From Ylistrum balloti (lineage: Eukaryota): a stretch of DNA of 64,000 bases. The number at the start of each line of letters is the position of its first letter. Within the stretch, counting starts at the first letter, position 1. The translations under genes and the position numbers were made by a program. The notes under the pieces were generated by a model. The model was not told the DNA's origin and made no database searches. It saw only the letters and a program-made list of their open reading frames with translations. Below, one piece after another: positions 1-12,681 of this stretch. The DNA lies in NCBI RefSeq assembly GCF_031769215.1, contig NW_026782200.1, positions 124,001 through 188,000 on the forward strand, written 5' to 3'.

Positions 1-718
1 TCCGATGTGCATTATCAAATATCACTAACTTTACAATTATTTCGGATTTTAATTCGCTACTATCCGATGTGCATTATCCAATATCACTAACTTTACAATT
101 ATTTCGGATTTTAATTCGCTACTATCCGATGTGCATTATCCAATAATACTAACTTTACAATTATTTCGGATTTGAATTCGCTACTATCCGATGTGCATTA
201 TCCAATAATACTAACTTTACAATTATTTCGGATTTGAATTCGCTACTATCCGATGTGCATTATCCAATAATACTAACTTTACAATTATTTCGGATTTTAA
301 TTCGCTACTATCCGATGTGCATTATCCAATAATACTAACTTTACAATTATTTCGGATTTAAATTCGCTACTATCCGATGTGCATTTTCCAATATCACTAA
401 CTTTACAATTATTTCGGATTTTAATTTGCTACTATCCGATGTGCATTTTCCAATATCACTAACTTTACAATTATTTCGGATTTTAATTCGCTACTATCCG
501 ATGTGCATTTTCCAATATCACTAACTTTACAATTATTTCGGATTTTAATTCGCTACTATCCGATGTGCATTATCCAATAATACTAACTTTACAATTATTT
601 CGGATTTTAATTCGCTACTATCCGATGTGCATTATCCAATAATACTAACTTTACAATTATTTCGGATTTTAATTTGCTACTATCCGATGTGCATTTTCCA
701 ATATCACTAACTTTAAAA
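1..718 (+). repeat. 62-bp tandem minisatellite, ~11.5 copies, open at the window start; unit derived from LINE endonuclease coding sequence
   Basis: TCCGATGTGCATT recurs at 1, 63, 125, 187 ... 683. The last unit runs directly into the LINE reading frame (ISDFNLLLSDVHFPISLTLKFQR). Confidence 0.97.
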
Positions 719-2888
719 TTTCAACGAGTTGAAAGTTTGTATACAACAAATAGTAACATGTCGCAACCTGAAGAGAGAGGAAATAAGTGGAAAACAGATA
801 AATCTTATGATTATATATGTAATATTGATGAGAATTTAATACAAAAATGTTTCTGATGATTGCCAATTGTATTGATCCAAATGAATTGAATGTTGGTGAA
901 CATGTCGATACCTGCATTAATATATTATTAAATGCTGCCAACAAAAACGGTCGATACCACATGTACGTCGTATACTAAAGGTAATCGTTGGAATTCAGTA
1001 GCTTCAAAGAAACTCTGGTTTGATGCAAACTGTCGACAAGACAGTAAAAAGTATCGCAGATGTAAAGCGCAGTATAGACGTCATCGAAACGAGTATTCTT
1101 ATAATAGATACAAAGAATCTGAAAAGACTTATAAAAATACAATGAATAAAAGTATTAAAATGTATAATTTGAAGAAAATATTAAAGGAAATGAAAAGTAA
1201 AAATCCAAGGGATTATTGGAAGCTACTGAAATCTTGTGGGAGTAAAAAAACTACAGTAAAAATACGAATGCAGTCACTTTTTTAATTTTATAAAGATTTA
1301 AAATGCTACTAGCAATAATTGTACTGCTATTATTATACCCCCTGATAATGTTTTCCCTATAAATGATGTTTTAAATTGTAAAATTTCATAGGATGAAGTT
1401 TTAAAAGATATTAAGTCGTTGAAAAATAACAAGGCATGTTCACATGATAAAATTCTTAAAGAATATATTAAGCAGTCAGCAACAAAAAGACCAATATGTT
1501 AAAATTTTTAATATCATATTTAATAGCGGAATGTTTCCCTCCAACTGACTTACTGGATCTATTGTTCCAATTTTTAAAAATAAAAGTTCACCATTGGAAG
1601 CTAAAAACTATAGGCCTATTACAATCGCTAGTTGCTTTTGAAAATGATTCACTAGTATGTTAAATAATAGATTACAAATCTATTCTGAAGACATTAGTTT
1701 AATCAAAGAAAATCAGGTTGGATTCCGTAAAAAATATTCAACTCTTGATAACATTTTCATACTTACCTCTTTGATAAATTTAACAAAGCTGTTGGAAAGT
1801 AAATTATAATGTGTGTTTATCGATTTCGAAAACGTTTTCGATGAAATTTGGCGTACTGTATTATGGAATAAAATGTTAATTAATGGAATTACTGGGGAAA
1901 TGTTTAAAATCATCTATAATATGTACCAAGGCATTAAGTCTAATATTTCTTTTAATGGTGAATTTTCAAATTATTTCGCCTGTGAAAATGGTTTGAGACA
2001 AGGTGAAAATCTATCTAGAATACATGGCTCAAAATAATATAAATTATTACTAATAATAAATAATATAAAGGGGTTAACTTGTCTTAGTGCCAAACTGGAA
2101 ATTGAGTTACTTTATATAAAATTGTTTATTTTACTATATGCCGATGATACTTTACTTTTCTCTAGTTGTCCAGATGATTCACAATTACAATTTAATGTTT
2201 TAATGAATATTGTAAACAATGGAAATTAAAAGTAAATATGCGTTAACATTTAATCCTAAGTGGTTAACGAACACTGTGAAACAAAGACTTGTTGACCAAT
2301 ATTTACAAAAATGGAATAGTGATGTTACAATTCTTCAAAAGTTATATGTTTTCAAAACGAAATGTAATTTCGAATATCATTTGGATAATTTAAATGAAAA
2401 AGAATTACTCTTTGTAAATTTCGTACTACTCTCCATAAGTGTATTGTTGTAACCGGGAGATGGCACGGTATTGCGTATGAAGAAAGGTAAGATCAATATT
2501 GCGATCTAGGGGATATTGGTGTTGAATTTTATTACCTACTCCAATGTCCTTTTTTCTTTAATAACAGAGTTTTATATATTGATAAATACTTCTGGTTCAG
2601 GCCTAACACTACCAAGTTTAATAGATTAATGAATATTACTGATGTTAAAACATTAATGAAGCTGTGTAGTTTTATAAGAATGATTAATATCACTATTTGT
2701 CCTCCCTAATGTACTACTTTACCTATTGTACTTTATTAGACAATAGACATCACTTGTGTTATATTAACAGCATTATTAACAAAATATCATATATTGACTT
2801 GGAACAATACTCTGTTTGTAAATATTATTGTAAATATGTTTCTCTGTACAATTTATTTTGTGAAAGAAAATAAAATTGAATTGAATTG
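640..2888 (+). mobile_element. Decayed CR1/L2-group non-LTR retrotransposon (ORF2: APE endonuclease C-end plus reverse transcriptase) with stops, frameshifts and internal deletions
   Basis: Motifs across frames: SDVHFPI (endonuclease end), IVPIFK...NYRPITI, QVGFRK, FIDFENVFD, GLRQGENLS, LFILLYADDT (YADD at 2137-2148), C-terminal GRW...GDIGVEFYYLLQCPFF. AATAAA at 2869 is followed by an (ATTGA)n tail at 2875-2888. Confidence 0.9.
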
Positions 2889-4559
2889 TTACTTTACTCA
2901 AACTGGTCAATGAAGCATTACGAACATCAAGCAGAATCCTTGTTGGGTTTTAGATTATATACATTTCTGAGGGTTATTGACATCCATGCGATTGTATCCA
3001 CTTTGCGCGGCAATTCAGAGGCGAAAATATCGTGCTATATACGTCTCCCTGACAAAATGTAGAAATTAAACGAAGCTAATGATAAATAGCCTATGCTGTC
3101 TTGCAATGATTAATGAATTTCCTTACTCGTCGAAGTTCAAAGTGATTCAATAAGTTAATTATTCCTATGTTAGATATGTTAGATAATTAGACATAACAGG
3201 GATGAGCAGATGATAGTAGGTTTATATACGGGTAGTTATTGATAATTCTTATTGATAACACTTCTTTATATTTAGTAATCATCAAAGCAAGTGGCATTTT
3301 GTTTCAATTATATATGTATAAAAAACGTGTCTTGGTTTATTGACAATAGAGCATGTATCTAAATCCATAGTTTATAAAGTTTTAGTTTAATCACTCTGCC
3401 TGCCTGTGAGTCGCACAAGTAGGTCTACAGGTCAACACTGTATATCGAGTATCAAACAGCCATTAGAAAAATCCACGGGATTTCAAATCATTGATGAAAC
3501 GAGTTCAGTTATTAATTAGCTACCTTTATATTCGTGAAAATGTAAAAGACACGTAAAGATACATATCACGAACTAAAACATATTATCACTTAATCAAAAA
3601 AAAAAAAAAAAAAAAGGGTTTGGATGTCATTCAAATTAGTAAGCAGCAGATGCAAATAATTTACTTAATACTAATAACTTACAAACGACCTTCGAGTTAG
3701 CTGGTGGACAGCTCTAGTGTTGGGTGAATCTAACAAGCAATCTAGCGGCTTTGACGATCACCTGAGGTATGCAATATTGAATGTAAAGATTATAGGGCAA
3801 ATAAGTTTCAAGTGTAATGAAAACGAAATTGTGACATTAAAGCCCTTGTGGCTCAGTCAGTGTCAATATATGCATATCAAAAGTGCCTTCCGATACTTAT
3901 AATCTTACTTAGTTTTTCCCAATAGAAATCAAGCAAATGATGCTCAAAATGTACTTTACCCCTTCCACACGTGGAATTGTGAAAGTTATCGCAATAGGTC
4001 ATAAGTTGTCTCAATTGGTGGATACCCAGATATACTTTGAAACCAAAGGTTATGTATATCATGTAACAGATGAGACGTTGAAGATGAAACTCTTTGTTAT
4101 ATTAATATGTCCTGCTTACTCAGATTTCCCAGTAAAAATATACAAAAAAACTTTGGGAAATGTTAGTAAATACTTAATCCAAGCCTGGAATGTTTGAAAT
4201 TACGTTATTTTTATTTTAGTATATTGTTACTGTGCCTGTGCTAACAGTTAGGTTTATCAGTGTTTTCGTACATATTACATGTATTAGTATGCATCAGAAT
4301 TGCTTCGTATGAATGTTATTATGGTAGTCGAAGCAAACATCAGAAGTCACGCTCCATCGACTCGTTTTTCTCGCCATCGTAACCAACATTGTACTGTGAC
4401 GCCTTAGTACTTTACATATTAACAAAGTTTAGCACAGCAATGATCTCCACGAAGAAGGTGTAAAAATCACAAGTCTGTAAAATCAACACTTATACACTAC
4501 ATCGTAACAATACGCATTTACCCCTGCGATATCTTTGCTGACGAAAGTCCATTTCGTGA

Positions 4560-5430
4560 TCGACATTGTATTGGCGAGTCATAGCATCACAATTGCTTCA
4601 GATACCAGTTATGGCAACTTCCGAAAAAGGGCAGCAGATTAAAAAACCATTACTTTTATCGATTTCTCGAATCCGTGGAAATTCTTTGCATTGTTTTCAC
4701 TTGGGAAAAAGAAATGGCGTGCTCTTAGCAAATCTCCAAAATGCAACTCTGAATGATTCATGCGACAAAGTAGAGGCATGATGTGGCAGTGCAAAACCAA
4801 CAATAGGCACGAATTATCCAACAGGAAGTTTTCCTTTTTTTGAGCAATCCAAGTTAGACATCAGAGATATCGGAAAATATTTAGATAGCCAAACGTTATT
4901 CCCATCCGCCACCATTGGTGGATTAAATTACTAACGTACGGCGGTTAACTGGGCTTCCTCTATCAGGGAACTTTTTCAAGGATATGCGTGTAGGCAGATG
5001 TGTAACATGAAGTTGGAAGGAATAGTTGAACCTGTCCAGTTGGAAGAGCGGGGCTCCCACAGATTAATACTCTATCCTGTCTTTGATAGAACTGCCAAAA
5101 CGATGGAAACTATTATACTGAGACATGTAGACATAGATTCGTCCCCCTATACCGATAGTTGGAGAGGGTACGATCACTCGAACAGTATCGGCTACAACCA
5201 TTGTTCATTGGTGTACAAAATTCAATTCCGTAAGTCTTAAAAAATGTCCTAACTGGTGAAATAGTAGACGTCAATACAAACACTGTTGAGGGGTCTTCGA
5301 AACACGGAGAAACCACCACCGCCATGAAAACAAATATTCCTCGTTCTTCAGGCTCCTTAAATCCGTTCATACCCTTGAGAAAACCAAAGAGTTTCTCTAT
5401 ACTACACCGTCATTTGACACCTGGTTGACA
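4560..5430 (+). mobile_element. Decayed Merlin / IS1595 (ISXO2-like) DDE transposase
   Basis: FFEQSKLDIRDI; AVNWASSIRELF; RLILYPVFDRTAKTMETIILRHV...YTDSWRGY..NSIGYNHCSLV; after a frameshift KNVLTGEIVDVNTNTVEG. This fits the ISXO2-like pattern VPDRT..TL..II...V.PGS.I.TD.W..Y...L...GY.H..VNH...F....TG..TN.IEG. TIRs were not identified. Confidence 0.8.
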
Positions 5431-8400
5431 GCATCACAGGATAACGAAAATAAAAATATATCTCGATTCGATGACGAAATCGATGTTACAGATTTTTGCA
5501 TCTGAAGTTCCAAAATCCGCAACTTAGTGGCTTATAGCTACCAATCACGCGCAACAGAGTAAAAAGCCTCCAGCTCGGTCGTCTACTTCATGTGCACGTC
5601 CCAAGTCTACCAGGGGAAGGCCTAGAAAGAAAAAAACAGAAAATTTCGAGTCTGTGGCAGAACAGGGTCAATCGACGTCAAAAAAGTTCTGTGGGTCTAA
5701 ATCATCAACCCCTAAAAATATGTGTGTTAACCGTGGTAAACGCACTGTAAAGCCTAACACAATGCAATCCTATTTGCAGTGGTCGTCATTTGACGACGAT
5801 TTTGCCATGATGCAGAACATTTTAAAATATACATAACATTGCGTCATTATATACAATATACTTTGAAATGAAAACATCTATCGACATTTCTTTCCAAAAA
5901 CATCTTTTCTTATTCAAAAAATATCAAAAATAATCAAGTATTATTAAATGGATGTGACCTACTTACCTCCTCCTTTTGTGCCATTCCTTCCTCTCGTCAC
6001 CCAACAGTGGTGGCCAGGGCGCGAATCAAATATCATGCGGAGAACGCTGTTGATACGGAACACGATACTACTTGCAATGATGTATAGCGTCAATGGTAGC
6101 GCCAATTATCCATATTGCAAAGATCATATTATCATCTTTATCATATTTTTTTTAATGTAGTGTTGTCAGTGAAGTATTTCAAGCAATTTCTAATAATGTA
6201 TTTTCAGTATTTAAGTAATTAAATGTAGCTAAGCGACTCTCACAGCCCCTATTCATAATAATGGTATGTCTCGGTATGCGCAATAAATTGCGTGTCGTCG
6301 TCAAATCAAGTGTACCGCAATCCTTTCTCTCCATATTTTGAATATTGAATATTGTAAGTACTATGTGTAATGACATACAGATGAGTTAATATAAACTTTA
6401 TTTTTATTCCATAACAACATGTAACAACATGCGAAAAATACATAGCAAAGTATACAGAGGAATTGAGCTGAAGATGCAGTTAATTTATAACTTTAATTTC
6501 GCGACGAAATGATGATAAAAAACATGTTTCTCCCTCTATGTATGTACTACTCCGACCAATGTCCCACAAAAATCTCAATCAAACCAGAGACGTATATAAC
6601 ACATATATGTCTCTGATCAGACATTCTGTGAAAAGTATGCAGATTAATTAGAAATGGAATCATTAAAAAACATGATGATAAAATAAGTGTAAAGAGTGAA
6701 AACACGACTTTATTTAATGTTCAAAACGAGTTTCATTCCGTGAACTTTACCATGAATGGTCGTCGCTCTATATACTACTACGACAATTGTCAAAACCTTT
6801 ATTTCTGTATCTTTCCCCTAAAAAATGTTCTTATCCCCCTTGTCCTTTATTCATTTCCACAAAGAAATCCCTTTAAAAAATTGAATTATAACGAAACTAT
6901 GCAAGTGTATCATACTATAGAATGAACAAATATACAATGAATTATCGTCGCTCTATATATTACTCGGACCCACCATTGTCCCACTAAAAATATAATTTCT
7001 TTAAATAATTTTCTTAAGTATAATTTATAACGCTCATCGTGCATGTTGTTCATTAATTGTCAATAATTATCGTACAATTAAGCCATAATAGTAATTGAAT
7101 TATAACAACAAAGCAGCAAAGTTTCATTCAGATAATCTCTCTAGTCCTGTCTTTTTAGGCTTAACGTACTCAGACAAAATTTACCGATCCTGGCCTTCTC
7201 ATTGGCTAAAATATCGAAAAGAGTTAGAGCCCTCTAGTGGCAATTTTCTGCGTAAATAATGCCGCGATCTTTCAAATCGGTATTTTAAAAGCATCCTAAA
7301 TTAGTTTATTTTTTAATAACAATACGATTACTATATATTTAAAAAAAGAAGCACAGTGTGGTTGAACTATTGATAAATTTTGAACAATATATTTTACGGA
7401 ATTCTCGACATGACGTAAGCGTACAGAACACTGTACGTGCGAGTTGATAAGAAGCTAGTCTGGGCGCTTGGTTTGAATTATCAACTAACAGCACTTATAA
7501 ACAATCAAAACTTACAAACAGAACATCAATTTTGTTTTAATCCTTGTCGCTGTGACAAGACCGTCTTAATATATAACATCACTTTACCTCATTAGACGTC
7601 ACCGAATTGGACTGTTCGTCCCACGCGCACACCCGCCGATATGACACTTTTTCAGGTTTTTCACACCCACCGTCATGACACTTTTTCAAGTTTTTGAAGA
7701 TAAAAAGTTTGCGCTTCGTCGGCAAGGTACAATTGGTGCTCATGATTTATGAATGGTATATTTTTAATACTGTACTGATCATGATGTTGACTTTGTTATA
7801 ACTTATATTTTTTGCCTTTTAGTTTTATTTGATGAAGGTTGATTGTGCTGATTTCTCAAGGTTTGTTAATGTGTATCAAAGTTCCTTGAAATGAAAATAT
7901 TCCTTCAAACAAAGCGCGTATAAAAAACCCCAAAATATTCATGTTTATAATTATCAATTAACTAGAACTAAATATTTCCATAACATATTCATTCATTTAG
8001 CGTGTCATGGTGACATTATCTAATGCATTGGAGATCAGAAATAGTAGTAGCTATAGTGAAAATATTGTAAATTTTGTATATATATGGAAGTCTGGTTTAA
8101 TCTCAAAGAACTATGTCTTTATAGACATAATTACTGCAAGAAAAGTCTAACCATGATACTTCAAGGAAGATAGGCATGTAAATACATTTAATGTAATTAC
8201 TTACACTTTAATCTATCTGAAATGCTGTGTACACCTTATTTACTTTCCTCAACTACAAATATAATTATAATAAGTAAGGGCTATTACTTTGCAGTACATT
8301 TAAAATAAAGAAGTAGGTATAAAGTCCTTTCGATTTGTCTAAATCCTCATATTGATAGGAGAGTAATTGCAACATCTTGGGTATTTCAAAGGTTTTATTT

Positions 8401-11400
8401 AGTCAACTTCATCATAGAGCTATTTATCATTTGGCTTGATGGCGATAAATACATGGTTGTGTGTATTTTGTTATTTTTTTTACCTATTTTGATTTGTTCA
8501 CATTATTATCGTCAAATTTGAAATAAGAATTGAAGAAGATATAAAATCGCTTAAAATTAAGAAAAATAGCCTCTGGTTCTCTTATTTTAGTAATTTTTGC
8601 ATTCCAAAGTGTAGGAGTATGGGGAAAGTAATATAGCTTTGCGGTTATTTGTGAACATTTTTCAATACGTTTAGCCTCTCAGTACTTTCAGTACTTTGAT
8701 TGTTATTGTAACCATATAGGAGTCCCTTCCAACCTTCATAAAATTAGGATGGAACACTCCGAGAGGCTCCGAATGAAAAATGAACTGACATAGTTTAGCA
8801 TTTTCAACGTCTGGTTGAAATTCTCCCAAACCGGACGATGCTAAGATATAGCCGATTTTACAGTTCTAAAGCAGTTATGTAATAAATATATATTTCCTCT
8901 ATCTTCGCCCAAATCGTAATTGTTGTCTAACAGGAAGTTTGTAAATGGAATTAGTTACGTAATACCAAAATGGACCCGGACCCAAATTCAGGAATGATTT
9001 TTTTTTTTTTTACACATCTTCGGTTAAAATTTTTTTTTTCAGTATGATTTAGACAAAATTATCACAAAAAAAATAATTACTCCAAGTTAATATTTTGTAC
9101 GGAAAATATTTGAGTTTTTAGTAAACGACGTACAATACCATGAACACTCTATAAATAAAAGTCTGCACAATAATCAAGAACACACACATATTTTAAATGC
9201 GTTGATATCAATTTTGAAATTAATATCTGCTATTCTTATTCCCAGTAATTAATATTATTTAAAGATTATTTTTAACTCATCCATATTTGGATCCCAAATA
9301 CCTAATTTGGCGGAAAAATTATCAAGTTTGGCGAAACTTTTGGCGCAAGATTCATAGTGGAAAGCTGGTGACCCCTGGTAAAACATCCTTCATTTGTGAA
9401 TAGATCTTACTTCATTTGGAATTCAATTTTGTTTTTATATTTCATCAAAGTAAGAATAGAAAGAGAAAAAAAATACCGAATACAGAGCACGGGATAGATT
9501 GTCGAGGGTAAGAATGATGTGGATAAAGGATATAGAGTACAGAGTACGGGGAAAAAGGTACAGTGCACAGGGTAGAGATTACCGGTTGAAATGTTCGGGA
9601 TACAGAGTACGCCATCTTGTATTTCCTTAGCAACGGAAATCCAAGTTGGCGTACCTAGCAACCCCCTAAACCTACGGCCCCTCCTCGTCGTCTGCTCATC
9701 ATGAACCATTATAAGTTATTTTTGCCGCTAAAACAACTTACAATGGTTCAAAATGTGTGGTCTCCATGATATGTTGAATAAAAATGAAATTGAAAATCTT
9801 TGTAAGATAACACACAAATTTGATAATATGATAACATTTAGTTGGTAAACATAACACTAAACGTTTTGAATTGATAAAATAGGTGCACATATTCAACTTC
9901 CTAGTCCGAATTTCCTCCGGACATTGAACGGTGTAAGGCGGTTTGACATGCATATATTTTGTGAGTTTGTGTCCAGATTTTCCTTTGTCTCCAATACCGG
10001 GCGTGCAATATTTTTATGAACTTTCGAAATCTATTTCTTTTACCAAGTTTTTCAAGCTCTTAAACCCGATGTTGGACATTTTGATGGTCAGACATAGACG
10101 CAGTCCACTGACAACTATATAACAAGAGGTCAATGAGCCTGAATGGCTACCTGAACTTCTGTTGTAGAAATGGCTTCAATTGATATGCTGATCAAATATT
10201 AAACAACATTTGTACTAGTTGAAGATTGCCTTATTAACGGTTATGTTGCTTGAACCGATGCCTACGATTTAGTAAATGGCAGGTCCTTTGTATACACATA
10301 TCAATATGTGTATACAAAAGACCTGCTATTTCCGAAATGATTAGCCATTTCATGGCCAGCGTTTTATGATGTGCTGTCTGTTTTTTCAAACATTCTGACA
10401 GGATATAAAAAGCAGACAATTCATCATGAAACTTGGACTTGCCTTTCCCGGAATGCGTTTTAATCGTTATGACCAGGTAAATTTTAAAACTACAAAGGTC
10501 ATAACTGTAAGCAACATCGGTCTGTACTCATTAGAGATCTTATTGATAAAAGGCTGAATAAGAAGCTTCTTTATTATCCGTTTGTACTTATTCAAGTGAC
10601 CATACTTATAAGGAAACATCAGCGCACGATGGACAAAGGACGATCTAAATAGGTCATCATAATCTATGATCAGCTGACCGGTGTAAGAAGTCCGGCGTAG
10701 GAGACTGGGGAAACTCGGCCAAGATAATTCCAAGCGTTTTGTGTAAAGTATAAATTTGACAATAAATGAATCTACGGGTTTCCAATCGCCATTTCGGAAG
10801 GTAATATTACCATTTTATACAGTAGTTAAACAACGCAATAAGTGAAATTGTCAATGTGTTGAAATCATATCGATCAAATCGGAGTCCTCTGTTAAAACAG
10901 TTTCACAATAAATGTATGGGTACCTGCTAAACTACATAAAGCTTTAAATATCGTTGAACATAAGGACCATGTCATAACGACTTTTTCACATGTCAGGGTG
11001 TAGGATACATGTCCCCCGAGACGTGCACTAGAGTTCATCGAAGATCACAATCATTTGTATTCTTGAATGTAAAAAAAAAAAAGATATGGAAGAAGTTCAT
11101 CAAACATCACTAATAGAAAAATCAATTTATATTACGAGAATATTTCTAGAACTGTGTTCTTTGGATTTATATAAACAAAAAGCGTGATATAATAATTTCA
11201 TATAAAAACACTTAATACAACACGTGTATGTTTATATATATAAACACACACAAGACTAAAATAAATATATAAATAAATTAACTTATATAATAGATAGATA
11301 AGAATTGTTAGAGACACTATCGACTTGTATTTCCATGAAGTCCAAGTTTCCCTGTCCCCTATACCGAATCTTAGACATTATATATACATTATATATCAAA

Positions 11401-12289
11401 ATGTCTGGTGAGAAACAAGATGAACCCGATGTTCTTTATGGTTACGTGAACAGGGTGATTAACCTGTTGGTATCAGTGTCATAGGAGAAAGTGAGGAGGA
11501 GTACTGTCACTCAATATGGCATGGTGGTATGCGACAGGATATGACGTAATGAAGAAATTATCTAGCATGATAATGAAACAAGAGACAAAGTGGCGTCTTC
11601 CCACCAACCATCCACCGGGGGAAAAATGCACTCTTAATAGGAACCAATATATAATTGATTTGCAATTGTTTCCTGAAACAACACCTTCCCTATTGTCCAA
11701 AGAAAATGTTGGCATTCAAAGAACACCCCTTGAAAGCATTGAGAGCGTCAACAAAGAAGGGTAGATAATTTAAGTGGACTCTGATTGGCTACCTATCAAC
11801 CACAGATACATGGTTATAATCAATTTTCTTGAGAAACTATTTAATTCAATATTAAACAACAGACTTGTGGAATTTATATCTGAATAGTTTGATAAACAGC
11901 AATGTCGTTCCAAGAAGAAGAAGAAAAAAATGACGCCATGTCAGATAGTTTAATAATTTTATGTAAATAAATGTGTTGAGAAATTACCAATACGTGAGGA
12001 TAATTGCTGTTTTGTGGATTCTTCTTCATTTTTGTTAATTATATCATCAGTATAGACGATTATTTCTATGTGATAATATTACGAGTTGTGATGTACATAA
12101 CGCAAATATATAAAGGATGGTATCATTGTTTTTAATTAAAAACTTTGTTTCCCATATGATATAAAGAATGTGGGGAAAGGAGGAGTAGGTATATTTTGGT
12201 GTTTGTAGATGTCAACCAGGATGTCGTGTATTCTTTAAGAAGGAAATTTGTGACAAAATATACTGTTATGTTTTAACTACATTTTTTAT

Positions 12290-12660
12290 GCCACCGGATC
12301 CCACTTTTATCCGGAAATGTAACAGTTACGAGTACAGTATGTTTTTGGAAACCATCCTGTATACATGTCTTTGCGACAACACAACCCATTACTTCTATTT
12401 TTTATTCCTTCATTACTTTATGATTAAAAAGATATTTTCTACAATCTAAATGTGTTCCCGTACACCTTCAAATTTCCATGAAATGTTTGAATAAAATCCG
12501 GTTAGTTCCTTTTCCGGTGATTGTTTCTGCATTAGGTTTCACATGCGCCATTTGCAAAACGTAAACAAATAACATTTGATGACTAACCATCACAGGATTT
12601 TGAACTGAATTATTACATTTGAATTCGAAAATATCTTAGTGTCCAACTGGTACAAAGAAC
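12290..12660 (+). promoter_or_regulatory. Probable SERINC promoter / 5' UTR with housekeeping-type motifs
   Basis: ETS-like CCGGAAAT at 12311-12318 and TTCCGG at 12512-12517; YY1-like GCGCCATTT at 12545-12553; all just upstream of the ATG at 12661. Confidence 0.45.
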
Positions 12661-12681
12661 ATGGGGTGTATAGTAGGCTCG
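12661..12681 (+). CDS. SERINC: SERINC exon 1 (MGCIVGS)
   Basis: ATG, 21 nt, donor GTGAGT, phase 0. Confidence 0.85.

Noticed and set aside
7227-7240. CTCF-like motif (CCACTAGAGGGCTC, minus strand) beside a CCAAT box
   Set aside because: A single short motif with no associated gene; such motifs are common in TE ends and by chance.
7560-7700. TATA-like sequence followed by a short GC-richer segment and T runs, suggesting a Pol III small RNA
   Set aside because: No recognisable PSE or RNA-family sequence, and the T-run segment is a 34-bp local duplication more typical of a transposon end.
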